Below, piece by piece: positions 23,356-37,053 of a DNA stretch of 64,000 nucleotides. Made by a program: the position numbers and the translations under genes. The stretch's first letter is position 1. Each line of letters begins with the position of its first letter. The DNA lies in the NCBI GenBank assembly GCA_030704615.1, contig CM060732.1:16554001-16618000 (forward strand), written 5' to 3'. A model generated the notes under the pieces. The model had not been told where the DNA came from, ran no database searches, and was given only the letters and a program-made list of their open reading frames with translations. Origin of the DNA: Takakia lepidozioides. Lineage: Eukaryota; Plantae; Bryophyta.

Positions 23356-25246
23356 GTAGCATAGCTACGGCGTGAGCCCAGCCCCGTGAGCCTGGGAGCT
23401 GAGCTCATGCTTGACTGACGTGGCGTGAGCCCAGGCTCCCTCTGCATGACATGGCGTTCACGCCACGTAAGCGTGAGCGTCCGCCATGTCAGCAAATGTC
23501 ATAACACATTTGGCGAAAGATAAGATACCTATACCCGAGGGACCTATAACCGTGGGAATACACATTTACAGTATGCCGACTTATGCTGCATATTCCAAAC
23601 AAACCGACAATGAAAAGAGACTCATTGACTGCAACGTTGTGCAGTCTGCCAACTTAAGCTGCATATAGCAAACAAACCGACACTGAAAAGAGACCCGTCT
23701 GGGTTCACTTCCTCTTCCCCTTTCATTTGCCTCTCCCCTCACCTGCAGGTCCCTTTTTGTCTTTCAAGAGAATGCTCTGTGCCGGTGTACTTGTCAGGCA
23801 AAACAAAAAAAATTGCGTGTGTGGGATGGGCAGCAGCAGAGAAAATGTGCACCGCAGATGCCCTGAAAACAGTGTGCGGCACCACACACTGTTTTGAGGG
23901 CAACAACATGGGAACGGGAAAAAGAAAAAAAGAAAAGAAAAAACTGTGTGCGGGATGGACAGCTGCAAAAAAAACGTGCACCGCAGATGCCCTAAACGTA
24001 GTGTGCGGCAGTGGGCATCTGCGTGGGAACGAAAAAAAAACAAAACGAGTGTGGGATGGGCAGCTGCAGAGAAACAAAAGCACCGCAGATGCCCGGAAAA
24101 TAGTGTGCGGTGCCGCATACTATTTTCCGGGCATCTGCGTGGGGAAAAAAAAAAAAAAAAAACCGTGTGTGGGATGGGCATTTGTAGAGAAAACGTTCAC
24201 TGCAAATGCCCTGAAAACAGTGTGCGGTGCCACACACTATTTTTTGGGCATCAACGTGGGAAAGAAAAACAAAAAAAATCCAAAAATAAAATAAAAATAA
24301 AACCCTGTGTGGGATGGGCATGTGCAGAGAAAACGTGCTCCGCAGATGCCCTGAAAACAGTGTGCGGTGCCGCACACTGTTTTCCGGGCAGCTGCGAGGG
24401 AACAAAAAAACGAAAAAAAAAAAACTCATGTGGGATGGCCATCTGCACAGAAAACGTGCTCCGCAGAAGCCCTGGAAACAGTGTGCGGTGCCGCACACTG
24501 TTTTCCGAGCAGCTGCGAGGGAACGAAAAACGAAAAAACGAAAAAAAAAAAAAAAAAAAAACTCCCTTGGGATGGCCATCTGCACAGAAAACGTACTCTG
24601 CAGAAGCCCTGGAAACAGTGTGCGGTGCCGCACACTGTTTTCCGGGCAGCTGCGAGGGAACGAAAAAATGAAAAAAAAAAAAAAAAAAAAACCTTGTGTG
24701 GGATGGGCATTTGCAGAGAAAATGTGCTCCGCAGATGCCCTGAAAACAGTGTGCGGCACCGCACACTGTTTTCAGGGCATCTGCATGGGAACGAAAAAGA
24801 AAAAGAAAAAGTATGTGGGGTGGGCAGCTGCAGAGAAAACGTGCACCGCAGATGCCCCGAAAGGAGTGTGCGGTGCCACACACTACTTTCAGAGCATCTT
24901 CGTGGGAACAAAAAAAGCAAAATGTGTGTGGGTGCCACAAATTACTTTTCAGGCATCTGCGGGGGAACCTGCCAAAAGTGCATTCACTTGTGTAAAGTCA
25001 GACCGCATACATTGATTTCATCCCAGCTATCCCGCAGAATGTTTGACACGAGGGCCGGGGGTGGATGTAAAAGATGTTATCTGCAATGATTGAAAATGGT
25101 AAGTCAATCCGCGGCTATAGGTGCCTCCCGCAGAAATACGCCCTGTAAGTTCGGAATTCATAGATGACGTGGCGTGAGCCTATGCCGGGCTCACGGGCTC
25201 CTGGGCTCATAGGCTCACGCCTCCAGGCTCACGGTGTAGCAACCCC
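23356..25246. mobile_element. 1.9-kb non-autonomous Mutator-like element with a 9-10-bp TSD
   Basis: CATACAAAA(G) at 23347-23356 and 25247-25256; imperfect inverted ends (AGCTACGGCGTGAGCC / GGCTCACGGTGTAGCAACCCC) with subterminal GTGAGCC repeats. Confidence 0.8.
23815..24960. repeat. About 9 tandem units of ~105-140 bp with poly-A linkers, each with a hairpin of up to 26 bp centred on CGGTGCCG/CGGCACCG
   Basis: Example GCAGATGCCCTGAAAACAGTGTGCGG-CA-CCGCACACTGTTTTCAGGGCATCTGC at ~24732-24785. Confidence 0.92.
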
Positions 25247-25833
25247 CATACAAAAGGCCCTGTTGTTAAATTCCGTTCTTAAATTCCTTTGTCATTTTGA
25301 CCTGTAAAATAAAAGAAGCTAGTAGTAGTTGATGTGATTACAAGCTAGGTCAATGTTTACAGGGGTCTCAAACCATCATATGATAGTGTTTTTTAGTTAT
25401 TTGGCCATGCTAGCTCCTATAAAAAGAATAGGTTGCTCCCTATATCCACCTTAGTATCTTTCCAACGGTTAATTTTGCTGTGAATAGCTAGTCCCCCATT
25501 CAAATTCTCCATCATTCAGACTTGTATATAGTAGTTGATGTGAATAAGCCCCCCCAAGTTTGAGTGGGCCCTGTCCATTAAAGAGTGGTCCAGGAATTAA
25601 AATGTGGGGCTTATAGTAAGCTAAACAAGGATTTATATTATTAACCGTCATATAAGGGGGTAAGTAAAAAAGAAGGTAGGAAGGCCAGAGGTATTAAATG
25701 GGAGAGGGTTCAACCGCCAAATTCGGCTAAGGAGGTTTCTAGGGGTTACATGTGTCCCAGGGCCTTCTAGAAGGGTCCCACCGCCCTCAGAGGGTATATA
25801 AAAGAGAGGCCCCCTCTTGCTACTTACTACTTA

Positions 25834-26245
25834 GAGCATCTCCACGGTGAGCAGGCCCGTCAAACGTTATACAGCCTGGTTACAAGGGTGACGGTATTTT
25901 TTACAAAGACGGTTTGGTTGGCACTCCACGGTTGGGACGGTAGCAGACCCGACACACACCCCAATCACAATTTGGCAGGAAGCGCTCTCACAATCTTGGA
26001 GCGTTGAAATGGAGGGCGCAATTGATGGCTGGGTTGGCTCGCAGGTGCAAATGTAATGTATCTATGTGGTTGGCGGGGTCCTTGTATATTTGGAAAAAGT
26101 GTCATGCGGGAGGCAGATTTGCGGCGGGGCCTGCAGCAATCCTACCCGGCTGAGGCAACCGTGGAGCAAGATGCGCGGCTTTTTGAGACCCCGCCACGCC
26201 AAATTGCCGTTTTTGGGTAGGTACCGTGGCACCGTGGAGATGCTC
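25834..26245. mobile_element. PIF/Harbinger (Tourist-like) MITE
   Basis: 16-bp TIR GAGCATCTCCACGGTG / CACCGTGGAGATGCTC flanked by TTA and TAA. Confidence 0.8.
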
Positions 26246-26529
26246 TAAGTGGGCTCTGCAGACGCAAGGCCCCCCAAAAAAAAACGCAAACATCAAAGTA
26301 TTAGTTAATAGCATCAGTAAGCTGAATAAGCCATGGGTCAATCTTTTCCATGGAATCTCACACCATCACATGATATTGTTTTCTAGTATTTACCATGCTA
26401 GCCCCTAAATGGATAGGTTGCTCCATACTGAGGGCCAATTCAGCATTTTAGTGCATGTCATAGGCACTGTTCTCAGAAATTGAGCAAGGACAGGATCATG
26501 GAACACACTATGTAAAACTTGGGACAACC

Positions 26530-26600
26530 AACATGTAGCCCAGTGGTAATGGGCACATACCACGTTGGATGTGGTTGTGGGTTCAAACCACGGTCTGGTG
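26530..26600 (+). mobile_element. tRNA-derived SINE-like head
   Basis: Pol III A box TAGCCCAGTGG (26536-26546) and B box GTTCAAACC (26581-26589), 34 nt apart. No convincing cloverleaf. Confidence 0.45.
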
Positions 26601-26769
26601 TGTCATGAAGGTGTCCACCTTTCAGCTGGAAAGCAGTAGCCCTTGTGGTGAAGAGACACCATAATTTATGCGTCCTTCCGGAGGCGTATATATATATTTA
26701 TTTGTAAAACTTGGAAGACCAATATCAATATCAATATCTTATATATATATATTATCAAGGCAATGATTT

Positions 26770-27600
26770 TATCAATATTAATATCAATTTTATCAATATC
26801 GTTAAGTGGAATTTGTGGAAGGCCAGATGTGATCTGGTCTTTTCGGGTAAGCCTTTCTCTGTCAGGTCTGTGCTCGTTATGACTCACTCAGATGTCATGT
26901 CTGAGGCCCGCAAGGCATGGGTGGTGATGGGTTCAGCTCTTTCCAAATGCGGGGAAAGGAGGCGTCTTAAGCTCCTTCAAGACTTCGACCAATCTTGGGG
27001 CAGAGGAGGGCGTATCTGCACCAGATTGTCGGAATCAAGGGTTCATTGGAATGAAAGCATCCCATCGGAGTGGCAGCTCGCTTAGCTCCATGCGCTCCCC
27101 TATGGTGGGGATGAGCCAGAAGTAAATTGGAGGCACCAGAAATCTTTCAAAAGGGCAAGGCTAAAGCGCTCTCTTTTGGCAGCTTGAAAAGTGGGCTGCT
27201 TCTTGCGTGTGCTCTGCAGCTAGGAGTTAGCTCCCGCCTCTCGGGTTTAGGTGCTGCTCTTTGTTCATGCAGCTTAATGGGGTTTCTATTGTAGCTCGGA
27301 TCTGCTGCAGAGGCTTCTCTTCCTGGTTCTTAGGCCTGCTTCAGTTCGTGGCCTCTTTCTGTTATTAGGCTTTCTCCCCCTTTATTCCTTCCATGTTTTA
27401 TGTTCTGTTTTCTAGCCTTAGGCCCCAGCTTCTTTGCAATCTGCCGCTGGCAGATTCGAGACTCTGGTTCTTTGCTCCCCCCTCCTTTCATGTTTGGTCA
27501 CGAAGCATTTGTCTTCCTCAATCACCCTCAATTTGTCCATATCTATAAAGCTGAGGGACGGAGGCTGATTAATATATCTAAAAATATATATCAATAATTT
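26770..27600 (+). pseudogene. Short 3' fragment of an L1-type LINE related to 21385-22823
   Basis: IVKWNLWKARCDLVF..EARKAW..LQDFDQSWG..WNESIPSEW aligns with EGRKAW..LQDFHDSWG..WQQSIPPQW at ~22150-22330. Confidence 0.6.
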
Positions 27601-29113
27601 TTTTTGAGATAGTAACATTGTCCGTGATGTAGGGTTTTGGCTCTGCATTTTGCTGTGAGAGGGACGAAGGCCACCCCTGGCAAGGAGTATGTCAATGAAG
27701 TTCTGAAGTGAGTAAGTCGAATACATGCCTGCATCATCCCTACCTTGTGGAAGCCGTGTTTTTCCAATGCGACTCTGTATGGTTTCTCGTACTAATCATC
27801 AATCTGACATTCTTTACCGTAACCATTCGCAGAGACCCGCATTTGCGGCAGGAGAGTGCTGCAGAACGCAGTTAACGGTCATTGAAGGCCGCGCAAGATG
27901 AACGTGCAGCGAATAGGGCAAAACTTGTGGAGAGGCATTTCGGCGCTAAGACGGCGGCCTATCGTCTCTCCCTTACTGCCCACTGTCTCTCTTTGGAGCT
28001 CTGAGCTGTTGCTGCTGTTTGGGTCTTCCTGCGGCATTACTCGCCTGCGTCTCTTCCTTTGTAGTGGTGATTGTCCCTGCCATTCCTGTCTGCGGCATGC
28101 CCGTTTTAGTGACTGAACCGGTTGTGCACCAGAATATTCTTGAACTTTCATTGGGTAATAAACCATTTACACCAAGTATATTTTCCTTGACTGTGATCCA
28201 ACTTATGAATCGGACTGACCCTTGGTATTTGTGGTTGCTCCTGCACCTGTTTCTCCCTTGTGGCAAATCTTCACAGTTTCTCCAGATGTCTTCTCTGGCC
28301 AAGTTAATGATTGCCTATACTACACATCTCTGTAGGTTTTGTAGAATGAGTACTGTCCAGAGATCACCAAGTCTGCTGATTACTATTTCAATGTCAATTA
28401 TTGGTAGCTTTATCATGTTGTCACAAATGTGCACTACCTTTTCAGTTTTAACTTAATTGGCTGCTTCACAAAATTCCCACCCTTGGACCTTGGACACTAC
28501 TTATAATCAGTTGCATGTCGAACACTCCTGTATATATGGCCTGACAAAAATCAGGAGTAGGGCCATGTTCATATTCAATGGTGGCAATTTTTCATGAGGA
28601 CCCATTAAGAAACAGTGCACACAGGAATTCTGAAAATGAATCAGCTTTCGCCAGATTTGGAACACCAAATGTATGGATACAAGGTTACAAACAAGTGAAA
28701 CTGCTTTCCTTGTTCACCTTTCTTAACCCATGCTTGAAGAGACACTGCTGCTCCATCTCCAGTAGTATTTTGGAAAGTCTCTTCTCTCTACATCTATCAA
28801 AATTGGCAAACACAGGCTGCTATGGCTACATGCCATTGGGAGCTGCATTCTGGAGAGAGAACGAATGAAAAGTGCTGCATTGAATCTCTTAACTCTTCAT
28901 GGTCTATACTCAAAACCTGTATATGGCCCACAACATAGGCTTGAGTAGGAACTAAATCCCAGAGAGGAAAGTGCAGACACTGGTCTGATTGACCCTTTGC
29001 TCACAACCACTGCTTGAGAGAAGCCCCAGTGTCAGCTATTATGTCTGGAGCAGCTGCAGCAGCAAAAGTAGAGGATGAAGAAGGGAACTTGCTGTTAAGT
29101 TCAGCTCCCCACC

Positions 29114-32100
29114 CTATCTTCCTTCTTGCAAATCTTCTGAGATGACTGCAGTTCTTGACAAGGGATCATTCTCTATACCCACTAAACCTGAAAATGGGCC
29201 TGACGAGAACATTGATGATGACCCATCAGATTCAAAGGTGGTTAATGTAGGTCTATGTACATTCCAGCTGATTGTAGAGGATTTGTGTGAGGCAGTTGCA
29301 AAGGTAGGGGTCTCAGCAGCTCCCTCTCTCTCCCCCTCACTGCTCTGTCCCCTCTCTCCCTCGCTACTGAGACCATACTCATGGGACCGACATACTGCTT
29401 TGAGTGTTTGGACTACTTCCCCCATTGTTGGCCTCTGACTCCACTCAGGTGCCACGCAGGCAGCTGCAATTGCAGCCACCTGTGCAAAGTCTTCAGGAGA
29501 ATACTTTCCACCTAATCGAGGATCTGCCAGACCTGCCAGCCTATGTCTCTCACTTAAAAAAGGGCGTGCCTGCACAAGAAATAATGCAAGTCGAAATTAG
29601 TGATAGCCCCTTCCTTTCTTTCCTTCTTTTCTCTTCTTCTTTGTACTTGGACATTATGAAGTTCTTTTATTTCTTCTCTGCTCTTTTTCACCAGCGAGTT
29701 CAAACTGAGTGATTGTCTGGCACCAGCTTTGTGCTTTTCTCAACAGTGGACATAATAAAGTCCTTCTTCAACAGTGTGACTGGCAGGGAGATTACAACCA
29801 GACCTGTCACTCAAATTTAGGGGCCTCAAGCCAATCCTTTTTTTGGGGCTGAAATCTATCTGCAAGAATCAAACATAGTTTTCTGGAAAATCTGAAAGGT
29901 CAGGATCCGTCTGTCCCACAAATGATGCAAGCTTTCCTCAAAAGGAAGTCATCGAATCACTGAATTTTCACCCTTCAAGTTCCTCTCCCAGCTGTCACTA
30001 AATTTTTCAACAGTATACCCCCTTGTTTGGAGGTACAAACATTGTTTTCTCACAGAAGGTGAGTATCCAATCACTACTTATGCCAAGGCTCATTCCCCTT
30101 GCTTTTGAAGTAATTGCCAACGAGTTCCATGTTGTAGCCCGACTCAAAGATGAACAAAAAAGGCGTGGATCTTACCCAGGCTGTTATGTTTTCTCCCCCA
30201 GGGGGTTGTGTATAATCAACAGGCTTCCTCCCAGAAAGTAGCTCAAGCAAGACCACACCATAGCTGTACACATCACTCTTCACCAACAGGTGGCCAGTCA
30301 TTGCGTACTCTGGTGCCACATACCTGCCGAACATATTAAGAATCAAAAGTCAGCAGCAGTCTGTCTGTGCTCAAACAGGTTTCTCCTTGTCCTTAAGAAA
30401 ACAACAAGAGAGGAACGAATGCAGAGGTTAAGAAGGAACTGGGTTGAAAGGAGGGAGAAGATAACAGAAGAAACCATGGGGCAGATAGACAAGCATAAAC
30501 CAGAGGTTGCAACCACATACCCAAAAGTTCCCATTACCCGTGTAGATACATAATGGCTTTGGCCTTCGGGAGCCAATCTTGCGAGGCCAAAATCAGCCAC
30601 CTTTGGACTGAAATTATACTCAAGTAAAATGTTAGAGGCCTTAAAATCTCTGTGGATAACACAAGGCTGAGAGTCTTCATGCAAGTATGCCAGCCCCCGT
30701 GCTGCCCCTAGAGCAATCTTCATGCGTGTATTCCAATCCAGTGGTCCGCGAGTTGCCCCCAAAGAACCTGTCTACCCACCAACAAACCAATTTGTACGCT
30801 GCAACATCCATGGATGCTAGTTATAACATATAAAAAGGGTGGCAGATATGACGTGTAAAAATTGGTCCCTTCTTTGTATGACAGCACCTTATTACATCTA
30901 CCCACAGATGCTTACATCAAACAATTCCAGAGAGAAATCCTACAGCATTTGTACCATGCAGCCAGGCTTCCAAGCTCCCATTAGGAACCAGCTCATAGCA
31001 CAGCAATTGTTGAAGAGGTTCATGGCAGCTAAAGTAACCCAGCAATTTGACCAAGTGGCGATGATGGAGCCGACTCAACATCTCAACCTCCACCAAGAAC
31101 TCCTTGTCTCCTTGATGACCACCGGTTGTCAGCTTCTTGATGGCTACTTCTGTCCCATCCTTCAATAAACCTCTGTATACTTTGCCAAACCCTCCTTCTC
31201 CAATGAAGAATGATGGTGAAAAATCATTTGTGGCTTCCTTCAACTCCTCATAAGAGAACTCTCGGGTATTGGAAGGACGAGGCATCGATTTATCATGTTC
31301 CAGAATTATTCTGGAATTTGATCTCTCTGGAGCATTTTGCTCTGCACTCCCTGTCACAGCATAATGCAATCTACATTAAACATGCAGGGCATTTTCTAAC
31401 CTTCTAGCCATTACTTATCCTCAGTATGCTTATAGATAGCTATGCTCCAAAATAGTTCATGCGTTAGCCAGTCAGGGCGTGTCCAAATAATTGAGCACCA
31501 CCACAAGGATTGCAGCAATTTGTGGCAGACCACGCTCAATAGAGCAACTCATAAGTTTTCTTTCCCTCCCTATTTATCCAAGGATTGGATGAAGGACTTG
31601 GAATTCTCCTTCTCAGTGTTGATCAGAGAGACACTTTGCGAACAGCAGCCAGTCAATGAATCAATGTATGATCAAATTCCATGTTGGCGTTGCTCTATCT
31701 GAAGTCCAAACGTTAGTTCTAACAGCTTCAAAGAGGGTAGGAGGAGGGAAGGGAATATAATACCTTTGCTGGCAGAATCAGAATTGCTTCCATCCTTTCT
31801 ACACATGGTACCGCATTTCCAGATAAAACAGACCACAATGAAAATAGTGGCTGCTGAAGTGGCAGCAATACCAATGAACAGTCCCAAGTTTCTGTTTTGG
31901 CTGTTTCCGGTTGCTTGAGGCTCAGTGGGCGTTGGTTTTCCACTCTGTGAAGGCAACGGGGACTTCCCAGGTCCGGAGACAACTGCAAAATACCTCCCAT
32001 TGTTACACCACTTTAGCTTGGATCTGTCAATGTTGTAATGTAGTCCCCATCAGCAAAGAGATTGATGCACCTCACAAAGTTTAATAGAAGGTCTGAAGGT

Positions 32101-34149
32101 TCCCTTCAAATAAAGGATGCCAGGAAGCACCTGCATTCTTGCCTTTTGTGTTGGAACTGGAGGAGTCTGTTGCCATGTAACCTAGTCAGTAGCATGGTAG
32201 TTAGGGTATTTGCAAAGTGTGAAAGTGCAATGTTTGGCTCTTTAGGCACCAAGCCTTACGCCCATTGCAGGTAGGAGATGAAATTAATATGACACACTGT
32301 CGTACAAAGGTTGGGAATGGACTAAAATAAGTTGATGCGATGATAGCAGAAAGCTCCAGGCTAGAAATGCCCCATGGATTATGCCTCAAATGAAAACCAC
32401 TGGTAAGCTCCCACAATTTGGAAGCAGTTGCTAGGGCTTCCTACTGCCAGGAAAGGGTGGATCCAGTAGCATCACAACCTTTTTTATTGACTTACCAGGG
32501 GGTGGAACCGGGGGTTGAAATGCTGTGATATTTACGACTGTATAATTTGCGAACAAACGATTGCTGAAGTGTATTGTGTGGGTAAGTAGGGCGGTCTTGA
32601 TCACATCAGTCTCTTGGGATGAAAATCTTAAACCTGTCAAGGGCCCAATATCAACCACCACATTGAGGCTCAAATTACTCCCGAACTGGAAGGCCTGAAT
32701 CTGCACCTGCACATCACTCAGGTTGAGCTGGGAAGCAAGCTGATGCTGGAACAGCGAACTCAAGTTAAGAAAGGCATTAGAGGTATTGTCCAAGCAGAGC
32801 TTGACCTCAATAGGGTAGACACACTGGCAGTCTGCAGTTAATGCCCCTGGCCTGGACATCATGTTTGTAGTACAGCATCCTGCAAGAAATGCAGAAACAA
32901 ACCCCAACCATAAGGACCTGAATCATGACCATTTCTCTGGCTCGGTTTTAGTGTGGGAGAGAGTCTGCAGATATGAGTAAGAGTCCATTTTCAATGATAG
33001 GACATCAAGGTAAAACAATAAACTGTGGCAGAGTTTTTCTAGGATTCGCAATCCTAAAACTAGTGTTGGCCATGTAGTCAACTATTCCTGTCACAGCTAA
33101 TAAGAGTAAATGTGTCTGCAGTACAACACACCACTACATTAAAATCAGAAGCCTGGTTTAAGATGAGATTCTCTCCAAAACAAGAACTTCACTCGAGGGT
33201 TGTACAGAGACTTCCCATTGTTATCCCCTACCCTTTTTTCATGAAGGTGAGAAGTTCATCTCTATTACATAGAATGTCATGAACACCGGAAAGGTGGAAG
33301 CGACAGTGCAGACACTTACTCACCTGGCATCCAGACAGATAACAGGTAAACTGTACTGCATACCTGGTGGGGGGGCGAGTGGTAGAGGAGAAGGAGCATG
33401 GGGGGTTGGTGATGGTGGAGGAGGTGCAGACTGGGGCTCTTGGACTGGGGGTGGGGCTGGATATCCAGACGTACTGGGAGGGGCGAATGATGGTGGGGTT
33501 GAAAACACTGGGGAGGGAACAGGTGCTGTTGGAGTAAAATAGGGCACAGGAGGTGGTGCTTGTGAGAAAGGCGTGTGTGGAAGAGAGGGGGCAGGAACTG
33601 GAGCAGAGAAGGGAACTAGGTGGACAGTGGGAGATGGGGGTGGAGGAGATACAGGAGTTGGGGGTCGATCAAGGGCCATAGAGCTCGGGGAAGTCGCAGG
33701 GGAAGGAGAAGGAGCGGAGGAGGACAAGGGGGGCCTTCCGACAATCATACTAATAGGTGATTTAACAGATGAAAAATGTGACATTGATGGTGGAGCCGAA
33801 TTAGGGGGAGTCACCAGATTTAGTGATGAAGTTGGAATCATGAAGGGAACTGTAGGAGCAGGAGATAGCTGACCTGGTCCAGGGGAGGTTACAGCTCTTG
33901 GTGGGCTTGTGGGTGTCTGCAAGGGGAGAGGGGGTTGGGGTGCAGAGAGGGTTACCTGGGCTGGAGAGGAAGAGACAGGTGTGGATGATGGGGGAGAGGA
34001 GAGGACTGAAGGACTTGGAGAGACAGTTAAAGAGATGTTTGGACAAGGGGTGTGGGCTGGAGATGACGGTGGCGCAGTTGAGATGGTTGGAGAGGGAGCA
34101 GAGTTGGGACCCTGTTGAAGAAACTGCCGCCTACCATGTGACAGAGCAA
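29114..34149 (-). CDS. Proline-rich ALE2/extensin-family receptor-like Ser/Thr kinase (resembles Arabidopsis At4g02010). Exons 34149-33364, 32879-32496, 31982-31764, 31350-30955, 30767-30521, 30323-30176, 29569-29114; signal-peptide exon(s) unresolved
   Basis: Pro/Ser-rich ectodomain, Cys-containing ALE2-type domain (DCQCVYPI), TM helix, and an intact kinase ([33 protein letters not shown]) ending [12 protein letters not shown] introns at the listed boundaries. Confidence 0.93.
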
Positions 34150-36580
34150 CTGCAAAATCCAGCCAGCAACTGCAGAGCCTTTAGCATTATATGGTTCTAG
34201 ATGGGGATATCGTGCCTTTTGCAAATCAGCCTAGAGAAACTAACCCAATGAAGTTGAGGATGCACAAACCTGCCAGCACATACAATCCATTATCAAGGCA
34301 GGTTAAGGAGTTACTTTTAGAGGAAGAAGGCACTCATGATGATCTCCTTACAGAGTAGCCATAGAGACTTGCACATTTCATGACGACCACCAACAGCCTA
34401 TGAAGCCCACAGCAGAAGTAATACAATCCCAAAGAAGCACTACCTATGCTTTGAGTATGGGCACCGATACGACTAAATATAAGACTCCCAAAAACACTTG
34501 CTCAAAGGCTCCAAAGACTCAATCGTCAGGTCTTTGAAGAATTGCACCAGGACTGTACACTGTATCCCAGTACTGATTCTTGAATCTGCCCATTGTACAC
34601 AGCTAGTTTCCTGCAGCAACTTCTCAAGGGCTTTTCTGCAAAAAACTGTGGGGTTCAAAGCAATGGCCTCCCAGCAACCCCAGCACCAGAATGCACACAA
34701 AGTGATCATTGCTCAATTTACATTCTTTTGGTTTTCTCCTCCAAATCAGAGTACTACAACTGCAATGAGAATTTGCAAACGCTGCCCCTTTCCTAAGAGA
34801 AAGTAGTCTCTGTAACTTTCACACCTGTAAATGAAGGCTGAAATCCACCGCCCGCATGTAAAAGTAGAAAGCACAAGAAAGCTCCATAGCAGCCACTTAG
34901 CCACACTTTTGAAGGCAGACCACCAGACATAGCTGCTTGTCAACTGTCAGAAAACATATATAGATGTTTTCTGCCAAGCAGACATTATGTACCGGTTGAT
35001 AGAGGAGACACTGCTGCCCTTCCAACCTGTCAACCTCTATCTCCAAGGCATGGATTTCAGAGGACTAGCAGAGTCGGCACTTTTCTGTGCCCTCACATTA
35101 CAGTTGTTAACGTTGGCCCTTCGCTCAGCCCACTTCCTCAAAAGACTGTTGTGTCACAGGTAACATTAAACCAAGAAAATCGTGACTTGTGGAGAGCCAA
35201 GGGACCATGACGTTGCCTAGAGTTGTGCATATCCGTCAAGTGTGCAAATCCCATCCTTCGCCTTTCCCTTAACGCCTGGCAATCGTCAAAAAAAATTTGC
35301 TTGGCAAGCCCTTGAAGCATAGATACCAACACCTCTCTGTTCCTGCTTTCCTTTCAAAAGTCGAGTATAACTCCCGTTGCAGTCCACTTCGTTGCTACTC
35401 CCCGAGGATACAGGTCTTGCTCAATCTACATCTTCCTACACTTCAAGTTCCTTGAGAAAAATGTACTGGCTCTTGCGGTGGACCGTGACTCCTCCACCTC
35501 TCTTCTTCACTGATTGGTCTCTGTAAATCAAGATCCAGCTAACCACTAATTTGTTAGATGATTGTTGAGCCTCGTCTGTAGCTAACTCTTCATCTGGACT
35601 GGAGTATCGGAGCCCGACCGATCCTGCTTGCAAGTACCCGTATCCTGCAACTCCTGATCAGAACCGCTCCACCTTTCTTAAACTTCTTCCAGATCACGCA
35701 AGTATTCAGCAGAGATCGCAGCTCCTCGCTTTCTCTACGTTGTCTCCTGAAGGTTATCCAGAGAAAGTCTCGTGTTCAGTGGTTCACCAAAGTATGTACA
35801 CACAAGTCTGCAACGATGACATCTCATCAATTTATCAATGCTTAGGCAATGCATTCGGAATTGGTACACCGAGTCTTGACCAGACATGAGCAGATTAAGC
35901 AGTAAACAGCTCCGCGAGGGGACACGGACTTTTCCAGTCACTTCCTGATGCTATACGGCGTATGAATCTCTCCTCCACCTCAGTTGGAATACTAATTCGT
36001 TAACGCAGATCATGCAGGCCAGCTAAACGAACCATCACCAGTGCAGATATCTCAAACGCTGACAGTTTAAACTGATCATCTTTTCAGCAAGGGACTTACC
36101 TTCAATGCAGCTTTGCATGGCGTTGGAGACGAACGCAAAAATATACATATATAGATATAAGTAAAAAATTGCCATATTTCTAACGGAAAGGGCCCAGAAT
36201 GAGGCACATTCACACAATCATAGAGTCGTCAGGGATTACCTCGGTGCTTCTTTCATTGAGAACAGAGAGCAAGACGAGCTACTGCTCCAAGTGGCTCATG
36301 AATTGGCTGAATTCGTGACTGAGAGATCGAGGGTGATAGATCCGTGCAGTCTCCTAGTAGGTCAGCATCTATTAGTCGTGGAGAGGCAATGTTCGATGAG
36401 AATTTGATGTTGTACAGTACATAGAGAGCGACAGAGGGAGCACAACACTCCAAACATACTCTACTGAACTGCCATCGATAAATAACATTGCAGCAAAACT
36501 TTGAGAGAGAACGAAAGAGAAGGAGGAAATTATTACTCGCAGAGGAGGCCTCTGCGAAAGACAGAGAGGACAGAGATGTA

Positions 36581-37053
36581 CCGTCCGTGGACAACCGTTT
36601 AGGCGATAATTAATTCAAAATGAAAGTGCCTAATCAATTCTGTGAATTTTTCAGATATTGGCCTAATTGTGGGGAAATTATGGGACCAAAGTGCCTAATG
36701 CCCAAAAATTCCACTAAAAGCCTTGCAAGCCTCTTCTCATGTTGTTTGTAATAAGATCAAAATTTCTTTGAACAAAAATCAATACAAATATATGAGTGCG
36801 GAAATAACTAGCCTACTAGCCTACCACAACTCAAGAGTACCATTATGTAAGAGGTTTCACTGCATACCAATTTGAAAACCAGTGTACCCAATGACCAGAA
36901 AATAAATGTTTTCTCTTCTCATGTGCCTAATTCTAAAAAATTATAGGATGAAGATGCCTAATTTGAGAAATTGTTTTCAAAACATGCCTAATTTTCTGAT
37001 TGATTGATTTTATTATTAGGCGCAAAAATGCCTAAACGGTTGTCCAGGGACGG
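36581..37053. mobile_element. Tc1/mariner-type MITE (473 bp) upstream of the kinase gene
   Basis: 24-bp TIR CCGTCC(G/C)TGGACAACCGTTTAGGC, TA at 36579-36580 and 37054-37055, internal GCCTAAT repeats. Confidence 0.88.

Noticed and set aside
23723-25089. Overlapping 170-255-aa Cys/Lys-rich ORFs on both strands
   Set aside because: Artefacts of a stop-poor palindromic tandem repeat with poly-A linkers.
26530-26600. Functional tRNA gene
   Set aside because: A and B boxes are present but acceptor and anticodon stems could not be formed; treated as SINE-like.
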